From NCBI GenBank assembly GCA_043228905.1, contig JBHGNT010000001.1, positions 27,590,001 through 27,654,000 on the forward strand: 64,000 bases of DNA. Direction: 5' to 3'. This document shows, in pieces, positions 52,096 to 64,000 of this stretch. The notes beneath the pieces were generated by a model. The model was not told the origin of the DNA. It saw only the letters and a list, made by a program, of their open reading frames with translations, and did not search any database. This stretch comes from Azolla caroliniana (lineage: Eukaryota > Plantae > Polypodiophyta). Position 1 is the first letter of the stretch, and the number at the start of each line of letters is the position of its first letter. The position numbers and the translations under genes were made by a program.

Positions 52096-55000
52096 ATATA
52101 TATATATAGGAATACAATCTACATTATGCAATTTCCCAATCCAAAAATTCCCCCCATTTTTTTGACCTGTTGTTGCATACCAAAGTATTCTTTTTCATGA
52201 ACAGCTTGGGAGAAATGGTCCACATAAATATGCCTGACCACAAGGTGAGCATTTATAAATGTATGTGCTCCACAGTTTTGTTAGTTGAATCATTTTGTCG
52301 TAACGTGAGATCCTGAGTATTTTTCCTACCAGCTAGGATCGCAGAATTCCAAGATGGTCATTCATGTTCATATTGTCCCTTTTTGTTAAATTGTGGCCTC
52401 AATTGTCTGTAGTCTAGAGAAAACCCAAGGGAATTTTCTTGTCACGTTTTTGGACATTATCAGAACTGTGGGCACACTCAAAAGGATGAGGCTATTGATT
52501 ATCCAGCTCCATTGTTCGAAACTGTTTTGGGAATATACAGAGTCAAACACCTAGATCAAAAAGTCCTATTGAGATGGTTAAAACTTTTTCTTGTGTGGCA
52601 ACTGAATCTTGTTTGGGGTCTTCTCTTGATAGTACCCAGATCTTGAAGAATTTTGTCCATATTCGGAGGCAAATAGTTTCAAGCTGAGAGATGTCTTTTC
52701 CCCACCCAAGTTAAGGGTTTGTTGTTGATTGTGGACAGAAAGAACAATCATGGAGCTAAAACATGATTATGTGCCTTTTATTGAGACTAGGGCATAATCC
52801 TCGAGGGATATAACAAAGTTTACAGATATCCAAGAACATGAATAAATTATTATTTGGAGGAGCTCTTCACAAGCATGTCTGGGACAACTGCCAATTTTAT
52901 TTTTATTTTTATTTCCATTGAAGTGTGCATTTCATGCGCATGTGAGTGTATCATTTTATTTTATTTATGTCAGAACATGCTTTAATATGAAAGCCTCCAC
53001 CAGCATGTGAAAGTCCCTACAAGAAAGAAAGAAAGAAAGTTCTATGTCGTGGAGTTTTGAGTAGGAGTCTAAGAAGCTTATATTGTTCTCTAATGTTATA
53101 AAATAATATTCCTTTCTCTTCCTCTTCTCTTCTCTATCTTTTTCTCTCTCTTCATCATTTTGGCGCTCCAAGGAGGGCCGATTCTTTCAATATCAAAGGG
53201 AGGGCAGATTTTGTCCGTATTATTGGAAGGTATTGTTTTTAGCCAATATGACTTTTCAATTTGCTTTTGCAGGTGGCGAGGTCCAAGATGCGGAAGCTTT
53301 CTTGGCCGCCTTCAAACATCATGCCGTATCAATAGGGAAGATGACAGATTTTGAGAAGCTTCCTCTATTGTTGGCCACTTTTTATGGATGAGCAAGGGAT
53401 TGGTATGAGTCCTCGCTACCAAACCAACAAGTGAATTACCAACTATTGGTGAAACAATTTAAAGCTGAGTATATTCGATGATGGAAGTGCAAGAGGAACT
53501 CTTTCACTTGCGAATGTCCTCAACAACGGTGTATAACGATTATAAGAGGGAGTTTATTGACCTTTGGACTACATGGATTCGATTGTGTGGTGGGACGGAG
53601 GATGAATGGTTTAAGATTGACCTCTTTAAAGCGGGATTAAGTCTGCACTTTGCGTTAGAGGCAAATCTAAAGAATGCTACGACTTTCCAAACGCTCGTGC
53701 AAATTTGTCAAGCCTACAATAGACAAATCCAAGTTCTACAAGCACGAGCAGATTCAAGGGTTGCAACATTTAAGTCTCATATTCTTCAACAATCATCCAT
53801 TGTGCATGGCAATCAAGTATTCCCTAATGTTTTCATGACCACTCCGACATATCAACCTAGTGTTCCAGTGATGCAAGAAGCTACTCAAACTTAGGAGGAA
53901 GGAGAAGGAATAAGAAGGTTAGAAGAAGTGAGAAGAGGTTTAGTAGAAGAAAGAGAGAATGGCACATATCAACTAGTGTCATCGAGATTAAAGTAGTTCT
54001 TTGAGGTTGTTATTTATAGAGTCTAAGACAATTGTGTTGTTTTCCTAATAGTATATTGAAGTATTCTTTTCTTTTCCTCTTCTCTTCTCTATCTTTTCTC
54101 TATCTCTCTTCATCAGTATGCTAGCAGATCAGCCTTCAGTTTGGTTTCATGGGCATAGAGATCCTCAATTATTACATCACTATTGGAAAATGAACCAAAA
54201 CATGTAATAAAGTCAACTTAGCATTCCCAACCATGAGCAAACATTCAGATGTGTCATTCTATACACATCCACTGGTCTTTGACTTGGTCCTATATCTTCA
54301 TTGTACGCTAACAAATCCACAAGTTTTGTTTCTTAATCAAAGAGATCCTCACCACATAGCTATTGGGAAATGAACCAAAAGCATCTAGTCATAAAGTCAG
54401 CTTAGCATTCCCAACCATGGGCAACCCTCCAGATATGTGCCATTCTATACACGATAGTGGTCTTTGACTCATCTTCATCTTAAACTACCAGATCCACCTT
54501 TAATTTTATTTTGTTTCTTGAGCATAGAGAAACTCAACTACATAACTATTGGCAAATGAACCAAACATCCAGTAATAAAGTCAACTAAGTATTCCCAACC
54601 ATGAGTAACCCTTGAGATATATGTCATTCTATACACATCCATTGGTCTTTGACTTGGTCCTATATCTTGAGCATAGAAATCTTTGCCCACATAGCTATTG
54701 ACAAATGAACTGAAATCATCTAGTAAATGAAGTCAACTTAGCATTCTCAACTATAAGCAAACCTTCTGATGTGCATCATACTTTCCCATGTACACTGTTG
54801 ACAGCATTATGTACCAGATGAACAATATGTCAGCATTATTTTTGTCTTTACTGTATTGTACATCACTGAAGCTCTCAAAAGACAAAAGACAATACACTTG
54901 CTTCACAAACCTTTGCATCTATAGACTCATTACCATCTCCATCTTGAACATCCCCATTTCTAAAATCTATCATCATCTTCAACAAAATTATTGAAAAACT

Positions 55001-57046
55001 TCCAAATTATGGCATTCTATCCCTCATCTATGATTTTTCTGGGCTTAGACTCATTCTCTTCCACATTATGACACAAAAACTCCTTACTATAGTGCTTTAA
55101 GAGATAACAAATTGAATGAGATCAATTTTTGAAATGAATTATTTGGAAACAGACCAGATCTAAAAACATTTATCTACATCATAATATATATGTATAATAT
55201 GGGGTAATCATACTCTTCATAGAAGAAATGAAAGGACAACCTGTATAAAAAAGTGACAGATCATCAAGCACTGGATGCATCATTCTTGGTTGGTTTTAGG
55301 CTGCAGCATATAGGCTTTTATATTATGACATTCATTTATGGCCATTCGTCATGAACGCCACTAGACTTGATCAAATCAATTAACGTTTAAAAAAGATACG
55401 ACCAAGCAAACAAATATTATATCCTAAGGTATGGAGGAAAGCAATAAACAAGAACCCAACCATATTATGTCTTCACATACTTGTTTCTCTGCATATTTTG
55501 GAGCAGAAATAAGAGACACGGTTTCCATGTGACCAAAATCCACATCATAACCGAGCATGTAAATGTATAACATTTTCCAAACATATTTTTTCTTCTCGTA
55601 GACAGTCAGCCCCTGAAATCAGATGAGAGGAAAGAAATCAAAACAAATAGAAACATCTTCTTAACAAGTGAAAATAGAAAGGGTCTCATTATTCAGAAAT
55701 ATAGCATTGATCTTCTACTGTGACAAATATGCAAATAGCTATCTTTTACTTAATGCATTTGATTCCATGTTGAAATCTTGCCATTTTTCTGTTGATGAAT
55801 CGCAAGAGACTATAGTATTTGAAATCATAACTTTCATACAAACATAAAATATGCTGATTGAGAGTAAGAAGCTTTCTAGATTGATGCTTGAAGATTGTGC
55901 CTTCTATGAATTTAAGACAATTTCTTTATCCAAGATCTTTGAATAATGTTCATATAGGTTCAATATAAGTTGCTCTATATTTGATGATATTAAAATACTT
56001 GCAGGCATAACTTACATAGATCAGCCAATATTAAAATACTTGCAGGCTGCTCTGAAGTAAGGCAGCTGAGATTGAAATCCAGCCAATATTACTGAAAATC
56101 TAAAAAAATTGAACATGCTGCTAATTCCCTTTACTAAAGACTGAATGAAGGATAGTGAAATAGAGAGCGCACTAATAAAGTCATTGATATCTCAACTTTA
56201 AGAAAACAAAGCTTTCCTTTAAGTGAGACATTGTAGGCTGAAACCAAAGAGTAGGTGATGATCTAGCAAAATCAAGCATTTAGCAAATCGCATTTAATAG
56301 TATGCTGCCTAAACAATGACAAAAGTTAGAAAATTCTTGAGTTCTTTGCTGCATACAAAACGAATCTTTCTTTTTCAGTAAGACTGCTGAGATAAAAAGC
56401 AAAGAGTACAGTTTCTGATCTAATAAAGTTGAGCATTCAGCTAACCACATTTATCAAAATGTGGTGTCAAAAATGATGAAAGAGAGAGAAATTTCGCGTT
56501 TTTTGCTATCTCGATACAGAAATCAAAGAACTGTTGCTGATCCGGCAAAGTTGTGAACATCAGCAAATTACCCTTAACAAAACTACCAGGGAAGAACCAT
56601 AAAAGAGAGTGTAATATATGCTTTCTCAGCTTAGAGAAAAGAGGATCTCCTTAAAATTAAAATGTGCGAAGAGAAGCTCAATGAAATGATGCCGATCTAA
56701 CAAAATCCAACACTAGGCTAACCACATTTATCAAAATGAAACCTAAAACGTAAAGAAAATTGCGAGTTCTTTCTATCTCAAAACACAGGAAGTGTCATTC
56801 GATCTGATCCAGGAAGCGATCTGATGTGAGAAGAATCCACCGTTTTTCTCTACAGTGCAGAGAACATCTGAGAAAGACGGAACGAGAGAAAAGAAAGAAG
56901 GTGGAAAATCCGACCTTTTCGTTCTTGAATCGTGTACGTATGTTGGCGAGCTCCTTATCGACACGCAGGCGCTCCTGCTCTTTATTTTGACAGTTTCTGA
57001 TGTCGCTGATGAAGACAGAGAGCCCTCTCATACCTGAGAGAGCCAT
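45395..57046 (-). CDS. AP2A: AP-2 adaptor complex subunit alpha (alpha-adaptin), about 1008 aa, 27 exons
   Basis: Exons: 57046-56915, 55612-55481, 51671-51546, 51250-51188, 51112-51015, 50921-50714, 50617-50546, 50460-50368, 50285-50184, 50090-49993, 49467-49386, 49253-49165, 49032-48927, 48822-48757, 48652-48546, 48007-47903, 47832-47712, 47621-47445, 47334-47101, 46927-46847, 46687-46523, 46429-46343, 46264-46139, 46053-45973, 45861-45793, 45708-45629, 45521-45395 (3027 nt, all GT-AG). Hallmark [14 protein letters not shown]...[30 protein letters not shown], hinge DLLGDL and ear-domain [12 protein letters not shown]. The exon 18 donor is the least certain. Confidence 0.97.
52160..52720 (-). 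mobile_element. Possible decayed LINE 3'-end fragment in AP2A intron 2
   Basis: Coding-like tract with W/C-rich remnants reminiscent of the zf-RVT region. Weak. Confidence 0.2.
53008..54115 (+). mobile_element. Internally deleted LTR retroelement (gag remnant only) in AP2A intron 2
   Basis: Diverged direct repeats end ...CTCTTCATCA at 53157 and 54115. PBS TGGCGCTCCAAGGAGGG at 53161-53177. Gag-like frame from 53248 ([13 protein letters not shown]...G*ARDWYE...KQFKAEY), continued by ORF 53478-53894. Candidate 5-bp TSD GCATG (53003-53007) / GTATG (54116-54120). Confidence 0.75.
54150..54780. repeat. Four-copy tandem repeat (about 150-190 bp) in AP2A intron 2
   Basis: CTATTG..AAATGAAC...AAAGTCAACTTAGCATTCCCAACCATG recurs four times. 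Confidence 0.85.
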
Positions 57047-57089
57047 GGAAAGGGAGGATGGATCGACTGGACGGAGATGGAGACGGGAA

Positions 57090-57349
57090 AAACCCTATTT
57101 TTCTCCCTCCTTCGCCGAAGCAGCAGAATTCTCTGTCTGTCTGTCTCTCAACTCTGACAGACGAAATTAAATAAATAAATAAATAAATAAATACATATAT
57201 TTTCTCAATGGGGACAAATAAGGCGTTTAGGAATCAGTGAATATTTCTTCTTCTTCTTCTTCTTCTTCTGTGTGCGTGTGTGTTGGTTGGTTTGGTCGTC
57301 TTCTGTTCTATGAGGATTTAGGAAGAAGAATGAGTTTAAGAATGAGTGA

Positions 57350-57400
<51 letters not shown>

Positions 57401-57479
57401 TTCCGGTGGGCGATGTCCTTGCCTGAGACTCGTTCCAACGCACCTCACAACACAAACACTCGCGACGAGTTTAGGGTTT
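57090..57479. promoter_or_regulatory. AP2A 5' region with two telo-boxes and an SSR cluster
   Basis: AAACCCTA at 57090-57097 and TAGGGTTT at 57472-57479, with (TAAA)n, (TTC)n and (TG)n between them. Confidence 0.4.
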
Positions 57480-59159
57480 CCATAATAGGTCTATGTTCTC
57501 CGCTCTCAACAGTGGCTCTTTTGATGGACGAGGCAACCTCCATGCATTTGCAAACATACATCTATGCATTTGCAGACATGCCCTGTGTAATCCTCGTAAT
57601 GTCTTGTTTGAATTGTTTCTAGGCAATAGCAATGTTTTGAACCCTTGGGTTGTGGAAATCAATTTGTTAATGCCACTCTTTTAGGAGTAACGTTTTGTGG
57701 TGGACCACCTTAAATTAGCAATACGAAAACTTTTTATGAGGAGATTCACATAGATCCCATGGTTCAATTCACGATCTTAATATGTAAAGTGCAATAGTTG
57801 TCATTACATTGACATGTTCAAGTTTTGGAATTCCAATAACATAAGTTGTTGGCTAATGGTTAATGTCTTGATAATTTGATGACTAATGTGTATTATTGAT
57901 GTGTAAGGGCGACGTTGGTTATGTTTTAGCATGGAATGTCTTTTTGTGGCGCTTTTATATTTATTTATTTTATTGCAAGCTACATGTTGGGGGACAATCT
58001 TGGTCATCCATCCTACTATTTTTTATCTATTTTCTAATGCTCAACGTTTGCACCATCGATGTGCCCTTAGGGACTGATGGCGAGCCTCTATCCTCAAGTC
58101 TTGAGAAGGGACCGTGATTTTGTCAAGGAGATCTCACAGTGATTCAATACTTAATCAATTGTAGATAAAATACATATGTAAGTAATGAAACAATATTATA
58201 CAAATATAATAAATGAGAGAGAAAAATAAAGTATCCAAGTTTTTTATTGATCCAATGGAATTTTCCAATGAATATGTGACTCACATAGCTACGGTATTCT
58301 TCCCTTGTGAAAAATTACTCACAAATGAATCCCCATTTAGGGCTTTATATGATTCCACCATGCTTGGCAAAGTGCCCATGTAATGTCAATTGGTTCTCTG
58401 TTAGGCTTTCTCATATATTACAACTTTGTATCTTATCAATATTATAAGAAAAAAAGCTTCAAAACATATTACCTTATTTATGGTTATATGTAATTAAATA
58501 GACAAGTTATGGAGTTCAAAACTTGCATCTTGCATTTGTTTACATTTACGAATTTTAATATCGATATGAAATGCAAAAAAAAAGCTCATTTTGGAAGCAA
58601 TTCACATAGTGTGTCTCATATTTTGGCAACATGACATTCACCCCCACCAAACCTTTGCATCCTCCCAAAAGTGCTTGAAATTTCATTCAGTTGATTGGTG
58701 CTTCACATGACAAGTGATGATTTGTTCATAGTGATCAACTCGCACATCCCACCATCTCAAGACATAGTCTACCCCTTCATTGTGGTTGGATCCTTTGGTC
58801 TTCATCACTTGTGTATTCCAAGCTTTAGACTTCGCCTTTCGATCACAACCACCTTTGTCAAACTCTTATCTCACATTTGGTATTTTTCTTTCTCCTTCGC
58901 CTCTTCATCGTCACTACCATTAGCATAATTTTTGTCTACATTTTGTCATCATGAGCACATTTCTCATTATTATTGACATATATTATATTGTTGCATGCAT
59001 CATACAGATTTTTTTATCAATATGTTCATATTTTAATTGAACGTTCATTGTGAATAGAAGCTACAAAGGCAAATGTAAACAATATGATGGCATATATTAT
59101 TGTTGTGGTGGGAAAGGTCATTGCAAGAAATCAAATTGTAGGTATATATTAAGAAAGTG

Positions 59160-59565
59160 CAAGAAAGAAGTGTAGAGAAGAAAAAGAGAGCAGGGTAGAT
59201 GCTCATTACAACTCTAAGGAGAACAAGAAAGAGCAAATGTTGCCTCCAATTTAATTATTGAGGAGTTGTATTAGCAAGGTGCCATATGGGAATGTTGAGA
59301 TTGAACATTTGCTTTTCCTTGTTGTATTCCTAGACAAAATGTTGTCCATGATAACATTTTGTCTAGGAATACAAAAATGAACAAGAAAGATTTTAAGTGT
59401 AAAGAAGAAAAAAGAGAGCAAAGTAGATGCCCATGATAACTCTAAGGAGAAAAAGAAAGAGCAAATGTTGAGTTCAATGTAATTATTGAGGAGTTGTATT
59501 AGCAAGGTGCCACATAGGAATGTTGAGATTGAATATTTGCGTTTCTTTGTGTTGTATTCCTTGAT
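59160..59565. repeat. Tandem duplication, period about 228 bp
   Basis: AAGAGAGCA..GTAGATGC...AATTATTGAGGAGTTGTATTAGCAAGGTGCCA...GTTGTATTCCT occurs twice. Confidence 0.88.
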
Positions 59566-59629
59566 AATACATGATCACGAAATCAAAATAGATTAGAAAT
59601 TGCACCCAATGAGCTTGTCATCGACTTAA

Positions 59630-60100
59630 GATTCAATCGTTTTGGAAACATGTTACGTTCTTCTTATATAGACATTGATATGGTGGGGAGAATCTTCCAG
59701 GACTTATCGCTAATGCTCAAATGAATCTATAATGGTAGAGCTCCTTGGTCATGAATTTCGTAATTGATTTTTGCAACTTCAAATTTCCATGAATGGAAAA
59801 GGTTAGATACAGTTGCATGTGATCTTGTTCAAGAGCATGGAATCGATGCAGAAACGGAATGTACCATCATCCTTACGGATGAGATGCAACTCAAAAACCC
59901 AATCGCTACTTCATGACTCAATGATGTCTTTCTCTAGCATGACTTGTACTGCTTGATTGATTTGATGAATTATCTAATGGTGATATTCGCCGAGGTGTTG
60001 TTCGAATTGGTGTTGAATCGGCTTTGGGAATAGCATGTTGCATTAAAAGATTGATCTTGCTCGTCTTTGTAGGCGTGCGAAATAGGTCGGGGAAGTACTA
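59630..60100 (-). mobile_element. Ty3/Gypsy reverse-transcriptase remnant
   Basis: The minus strand reads MLEKDIIES*SSDW (cf. MLxxGIIEPSxSPW) and DGTFRFCIDSMLLNKIT (cf. DGTWRFCVDYRxLNKIT). Disrupted. Confidence 0.75.
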
Positions 60101-60389
60101 GAGGATATGATGGATTGTGGCTAGCCGTACTTGTGGCGGTTCTAGGTGAGTTTGTGCATGCAAGATGTGTGTGCTAAATTGTGGAGTGTTAAGTAGTGGA
60201 ATCGCGGTGAACGGTGTTGCCAAGTGCGCGTCTCATGTGCGCGAACAAGCACGAGGCATGTATCTACAAGTGGTGATGGAGGATCGAAATCACCAAGTTA
60301 ATGAAAGACGATGTATGAGTCGAGGTACACTTGAGAAGAATAAAAAGAAGAAAAAGAAGAAAAAGAAGAAAATGATGATGATGATGATG

Positions 60390-61635
60390 AATGAAGAACA
60401 CACAAAGAAGAGGACAAAGTGAACTCTCAAAACCTCAAGTATATTGATAAGTGTTTATTCTAGGCCAGACTAGCCACAAACACAGGGTGTCCTTCTAGAT
60501 CACTTCACCAAAGGGGTGGTTACGGGTAGGATGTTAACCGACAAAGATATGATCCTGATCCGACTATTACTGAATCGGTTACAAAATCAGACAAAGTGAA
60601 CTCTCAAAACCTCAAGTATCTTGATAAGTGTTTATTCTGGGCCGGACTAGCCACAAACACAGGGTGTCCTTCCAGATCACTTCACCAAAGGGGTGGTTAC
60701 GAGCATAGTTCCTAATATTCGCGTACGTCCAATTTACTGGACGTACGCGAACGTTTGCAAACATACGCGTATGATACGCGATATTTGTTTGGCTTCTTTT
60801 TTTTTGACTTTTTTTTGGTTTTTTTAATTTTTGATATTCATAATATTTTGTGAATAGAAGTGACATCTGACACACATACACACACTCTCTCTCTCACACG
60901 AGAACTAACAGATTTTCTCTCTTTACAAAATCTAGATATCTAATATACATATTACATACTCCCTCACACAGACAAAACCCATAGCTCCTCTCTCTCTCTC
61001 TCTCTCTCTAGAGTCTAGATATACACTCAATCACTGTCTCCTCACACATGCAAAACATGGCTTCTCTCTCGAGACCACACACGCTCTCTCTCTCTCTCTC
61101 TCTCCCCCTCACACACACACACACACACTATGTACACCATATACACCATATGTATATATAATATATCTATGTACCGCGTATGGATTTCAATCATACTTGG
61201 AGCCTTTTCACGTATGAGTATGATACGAATATTGGCGTTTGAGTATGACACGAATGGGACGTATGGCTAGAACTATGGTTACGAGTAGGATGTTAATCGA
61301 CACATATATGATCCTGATCCGACTATTACCGGATCGGTTACAGAATCGCAATATAGCACTATTTGATTAACACGCGTAGGATAGAAGATTAAGCACAGAC
61401 AGTAGTAAACAAAATACACAATACTAAAATCTAAGTCAGGCTTATATTACTTCACGCTCATTACATTGCTTTCTGGATCCTTTTATTGGCCTCCGGTTCT
61501 GATTACAAAACGGTGTCGTACTAGTAACCGACTACAAATCGGTCCAGATCTGGATCAATGCAACTATTTTGGATCTGTCTGTTCCTATCATAATTATAAC
61601 TAATTACTTACTAATACTAATTTTGATTCCCTACT
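60390..61635 (-). mobile_element. Probable 3' LTR of an LTR retrotransposon, containing a 177-bp tandem duplication and a nested hAT element
   Basis: Preceded on the minus strand by a PPT-like AAGTGGGGGA (61647-61638). TATA-like CAATAAAAGG near 61480. A 177-bp unit starts at 60413 and at 60590. Exact LTR ends are uncertain. Confidence 0.55.
60704..61277. mobile_element. Non-autonomous hAT DNA transposon, 574 bp
   Basis: TIRs CATAGTTC / GAACTATG, perfect 8-bp TSD GTTACGAG (60696-60703 and 61278-61285), subterminal CGTATG/CATACG repeats, internal SSRs. Confidence 0.9.
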
Positions 61636-61652
61636 CGTCCCCCACTTGTCCT

Positions 61653-64000
61653 TCATACTCTGGCCAACACATGGCACGCCCGTGGGACATTACATTGTAC
61701 GTCGAACCCACGGGTTAGCTCAATCACTCCTCGTCGAGTATGTCCAATATGCTCTAGTCCAGGGTTTCGAGTGGTTCTTTGTTCTAGTGCTACTTCTATT
61801 GCTCCTGTTGCGCCTGTTGTTGCTCTCTGACTTCTCCTGGTTTCAACATTCTCTTTGTTTCCAGTTCTTGCTTGCTGCTCTAACCTGGTTGCTTTGTTCT
61901 GGTCCACACCAACTTCCCTTGGTTGTTCACCTTCGACTTCATTTGGTAGCTCCTCTTGCTATGGTTGTAGTTCCATAGTCTGCTCCTCATCACTTATATT
62001 TATTGACATCGTCCGTTTTTTTGCTTCTAGCCGCCGACGCTCCCGTTTGAATCGCTCAAACTAGAGTTGTGTTCCGAGCTTATCATCATCAAGTCTTTCA
62101 ATCAGCCTCCGAGCGGCTTCGAGGTGAGCTCCAACCAAGGAAAAGAAGTCGTCTGCCAACTCCTCCCGGATAGTGACAATACTTTCTTCATCCATCTTGT
62201 AAATGTTGTCATCGGCCTTTTTCCAGTTTTCTGCATTTGCTTGGAGGACCTGTAATTCCGCCGCTTGTCGCGACCATTGAGTCCACCAGCCCACCGAACC
62301 GTCGTAGATATTCCTCTTTGTCTGGTCCTTCCATGCCTTCACCATTGCCTGGATCCGACCCACTCTGAGCTTTGACTTGTCCTCCTTCATCTTCTTAATG
62401 AGGACTGCGGTAGCCTGAGCCTACACTTCATAGCTCACCAATTGGGTTTGGTAGGTTGATTGGACCCTATCCAAAGCCATTTTTGTCTGTTCTACTTCTT
62501 CATAGTGCTTCTTGCTCAGCTCCGTTTTGTCCATTGCCGCTTCTACAAGTGCCTTCACCGTAGTAACCGCCTTGGTTTGTTTGTTCACATGCGCCTCCGT
62601 TTTCTTGGCCTATTCCATCTGGATTTCTTTCACCTTTTCTTGTTGCCTGTCAAATTCCGACCCAAGCTTCTTATGTTCGGCGTCTAGTTGCTTGTGGTCC
62701 CGGTGCAACTTTTCAAAATCCTTTTCAAAATCTTTTGTTTTCTGCTTTAGCCGACAGTTTATCTGGGAGCGCGCTTGGTCCTCTCTCTCCTTGTACTGCT
62801 AGATTTCTTCTTTCAACCGTTCTATTTCCATTTCCGCCATTCTCCGGAGTTTATCCTTTTCTTGCATCAGCTTTTCTCGCTCTTCCTTCAGCCAATCATT
62901 ATTAGCTTGACTTTTCCAGATATTTTCTTCCAGTCTCTGTTTTTCCTCTTCGGTTGCCCTCTTCTAATCCCTTTCTCTACCTCGTAGCGCTTCTTGAGCA
63001 GCTAATTCTTCTTTTAGTGTTATCATTTCCTACTCCCGCTCAATGTCATTTGCCGGGGTTGTACTAACCTCTGGTTGTGCATCTGTTTCCAAAGCTTCCA
63101 TCTGTAGATTAGCCGGTGGCATCGGCTCCATTGCTACACTTGTAGTTTGGCCCATATTGGGCATGATGGTCATGCATTATTTAGCCTTTTTCAATTCTTC
63201 CTCCAAGCTCCAGGCTCCGGATCTATGTCCGGGCCTTCTCTAATTCTTTGGTTGTGGCTAGCAACCGTTTCGCCTAACTTTCGACTTGCTGTTGTTCATC
63301 CTCCATCCAGTCGGCCACACCGGATACTTGCTCTCCGAGCCACTTTAACCATTGGCGGCATGTTTCGTGTTGTGTTAAGGTAGGAAACTGCTGCACTGGC
63401 TCCGGTCTTGGTTCGTGCTCCTTCTTGAGCCAATGGGTCAACGGTTCCAATATTCGCTCCGGACGACGTTCCTCATGCTGTTGCGCTTAAAGACTCGGTG
63501 AGGTAAGTCTCTCTGTAACCGGTTCCCATTGAGCTGTTGTCACTGCGTCTGGTCTTATTACCGACTCTTCCTCCGTCCTGGGTTCTACCACCGTTGAGTA
63601 GGTCTTTGAGGTATTGTCCTACTCCGAACCCAATCCTTCCCCTTGCTGCTCCATGTCGCGCTTTCTTGGGCGACGTTGAAGGGCTTCGACTAGTTTGTCT
63701 TCAACCTCTTCCTCTGTGGTTTCTTGGTTCACCCTCTGGACCAGGTCGTCTGTGTCCCTGTCCTGCCGGTGCAACTTGATTTTGATTGGTTTGGTCATTT
63801 TCTCTGGAACTGGCTCCACTGGCTCCTGTCCTGGGTCGTTTGTACTTCTTCTTGTTGAGATGATTCCCCTACCGTCCATCCGGGGTTGTGCTTTGACAGG
63901 AGCTGTTACCGTTGGGATTCCTTATACGGTGTGGTTTCCGGCCAGGTCCGCATCTTCGGCTTCATGGCGTGTGTTGGGGGTACCAATAATGTTAGCCATT
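61653..64000 (-). pseudogene. Degraded retroelement accessory ORF (long coiled-coil, low complexity) ending just before the PPT
   Basis: One frame runs from about 63175 to the TGA at 61653 without frameshift (EEEKQRLEENIW...KDFEKDFEKLHRDHKQLDAEHKKL...MKEDKSKLRV) and contains seven internal TAGs. It is further disrupted upstream and runs off the window end. Confidence 0.65.

Overview
Eukaryotic land-plant nuclear DNA with spliceosomal GT-AG introns, dense microsatellites and decayed transposons. The compact genes and TE types would fit a non-seed plant such as a fern or lycophyte, but that is inference only. Five intron-containing genes could be reconstructed by hand with consistent splice phases: a cutin-synthase/LTL1-like GDSL esterase (-, 5 exons), an uncharacterised plant protein with PDZ-like segments (+, 4 exons), a large type-II membrane glycosyltransferase with two GT-A-like domains (-, 3 exons), an RBR (RING1-IBR-RING2) E3 ligase (-, 2 exons) and AP-2 complex alpha-adaptin (-, 27 exons). 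Mobile DNA includes a Mutator-type foldback MITE (9-bp TSD), a hAT non-autonomous element (8-bp TSD) nested in an LTR, an internally deleted LTR element in an AP2A intron, a tRNA-derived SINE-like sequence, LINE and Gypsy remnants, and the 3' end of an LTR retrotransposon with a long coiled-coil extra ORF. No CRISPR array, rRNA or intact tRNA was seen, and I found no clearly new multi-gene system. The most unusual observations are a chain of four start/stop-overlapping uORFs leading into the RBR start codon, the tandem-PDZ-like protein, and the retroelement extra ORF whose seven in-frame stops are all TAG.
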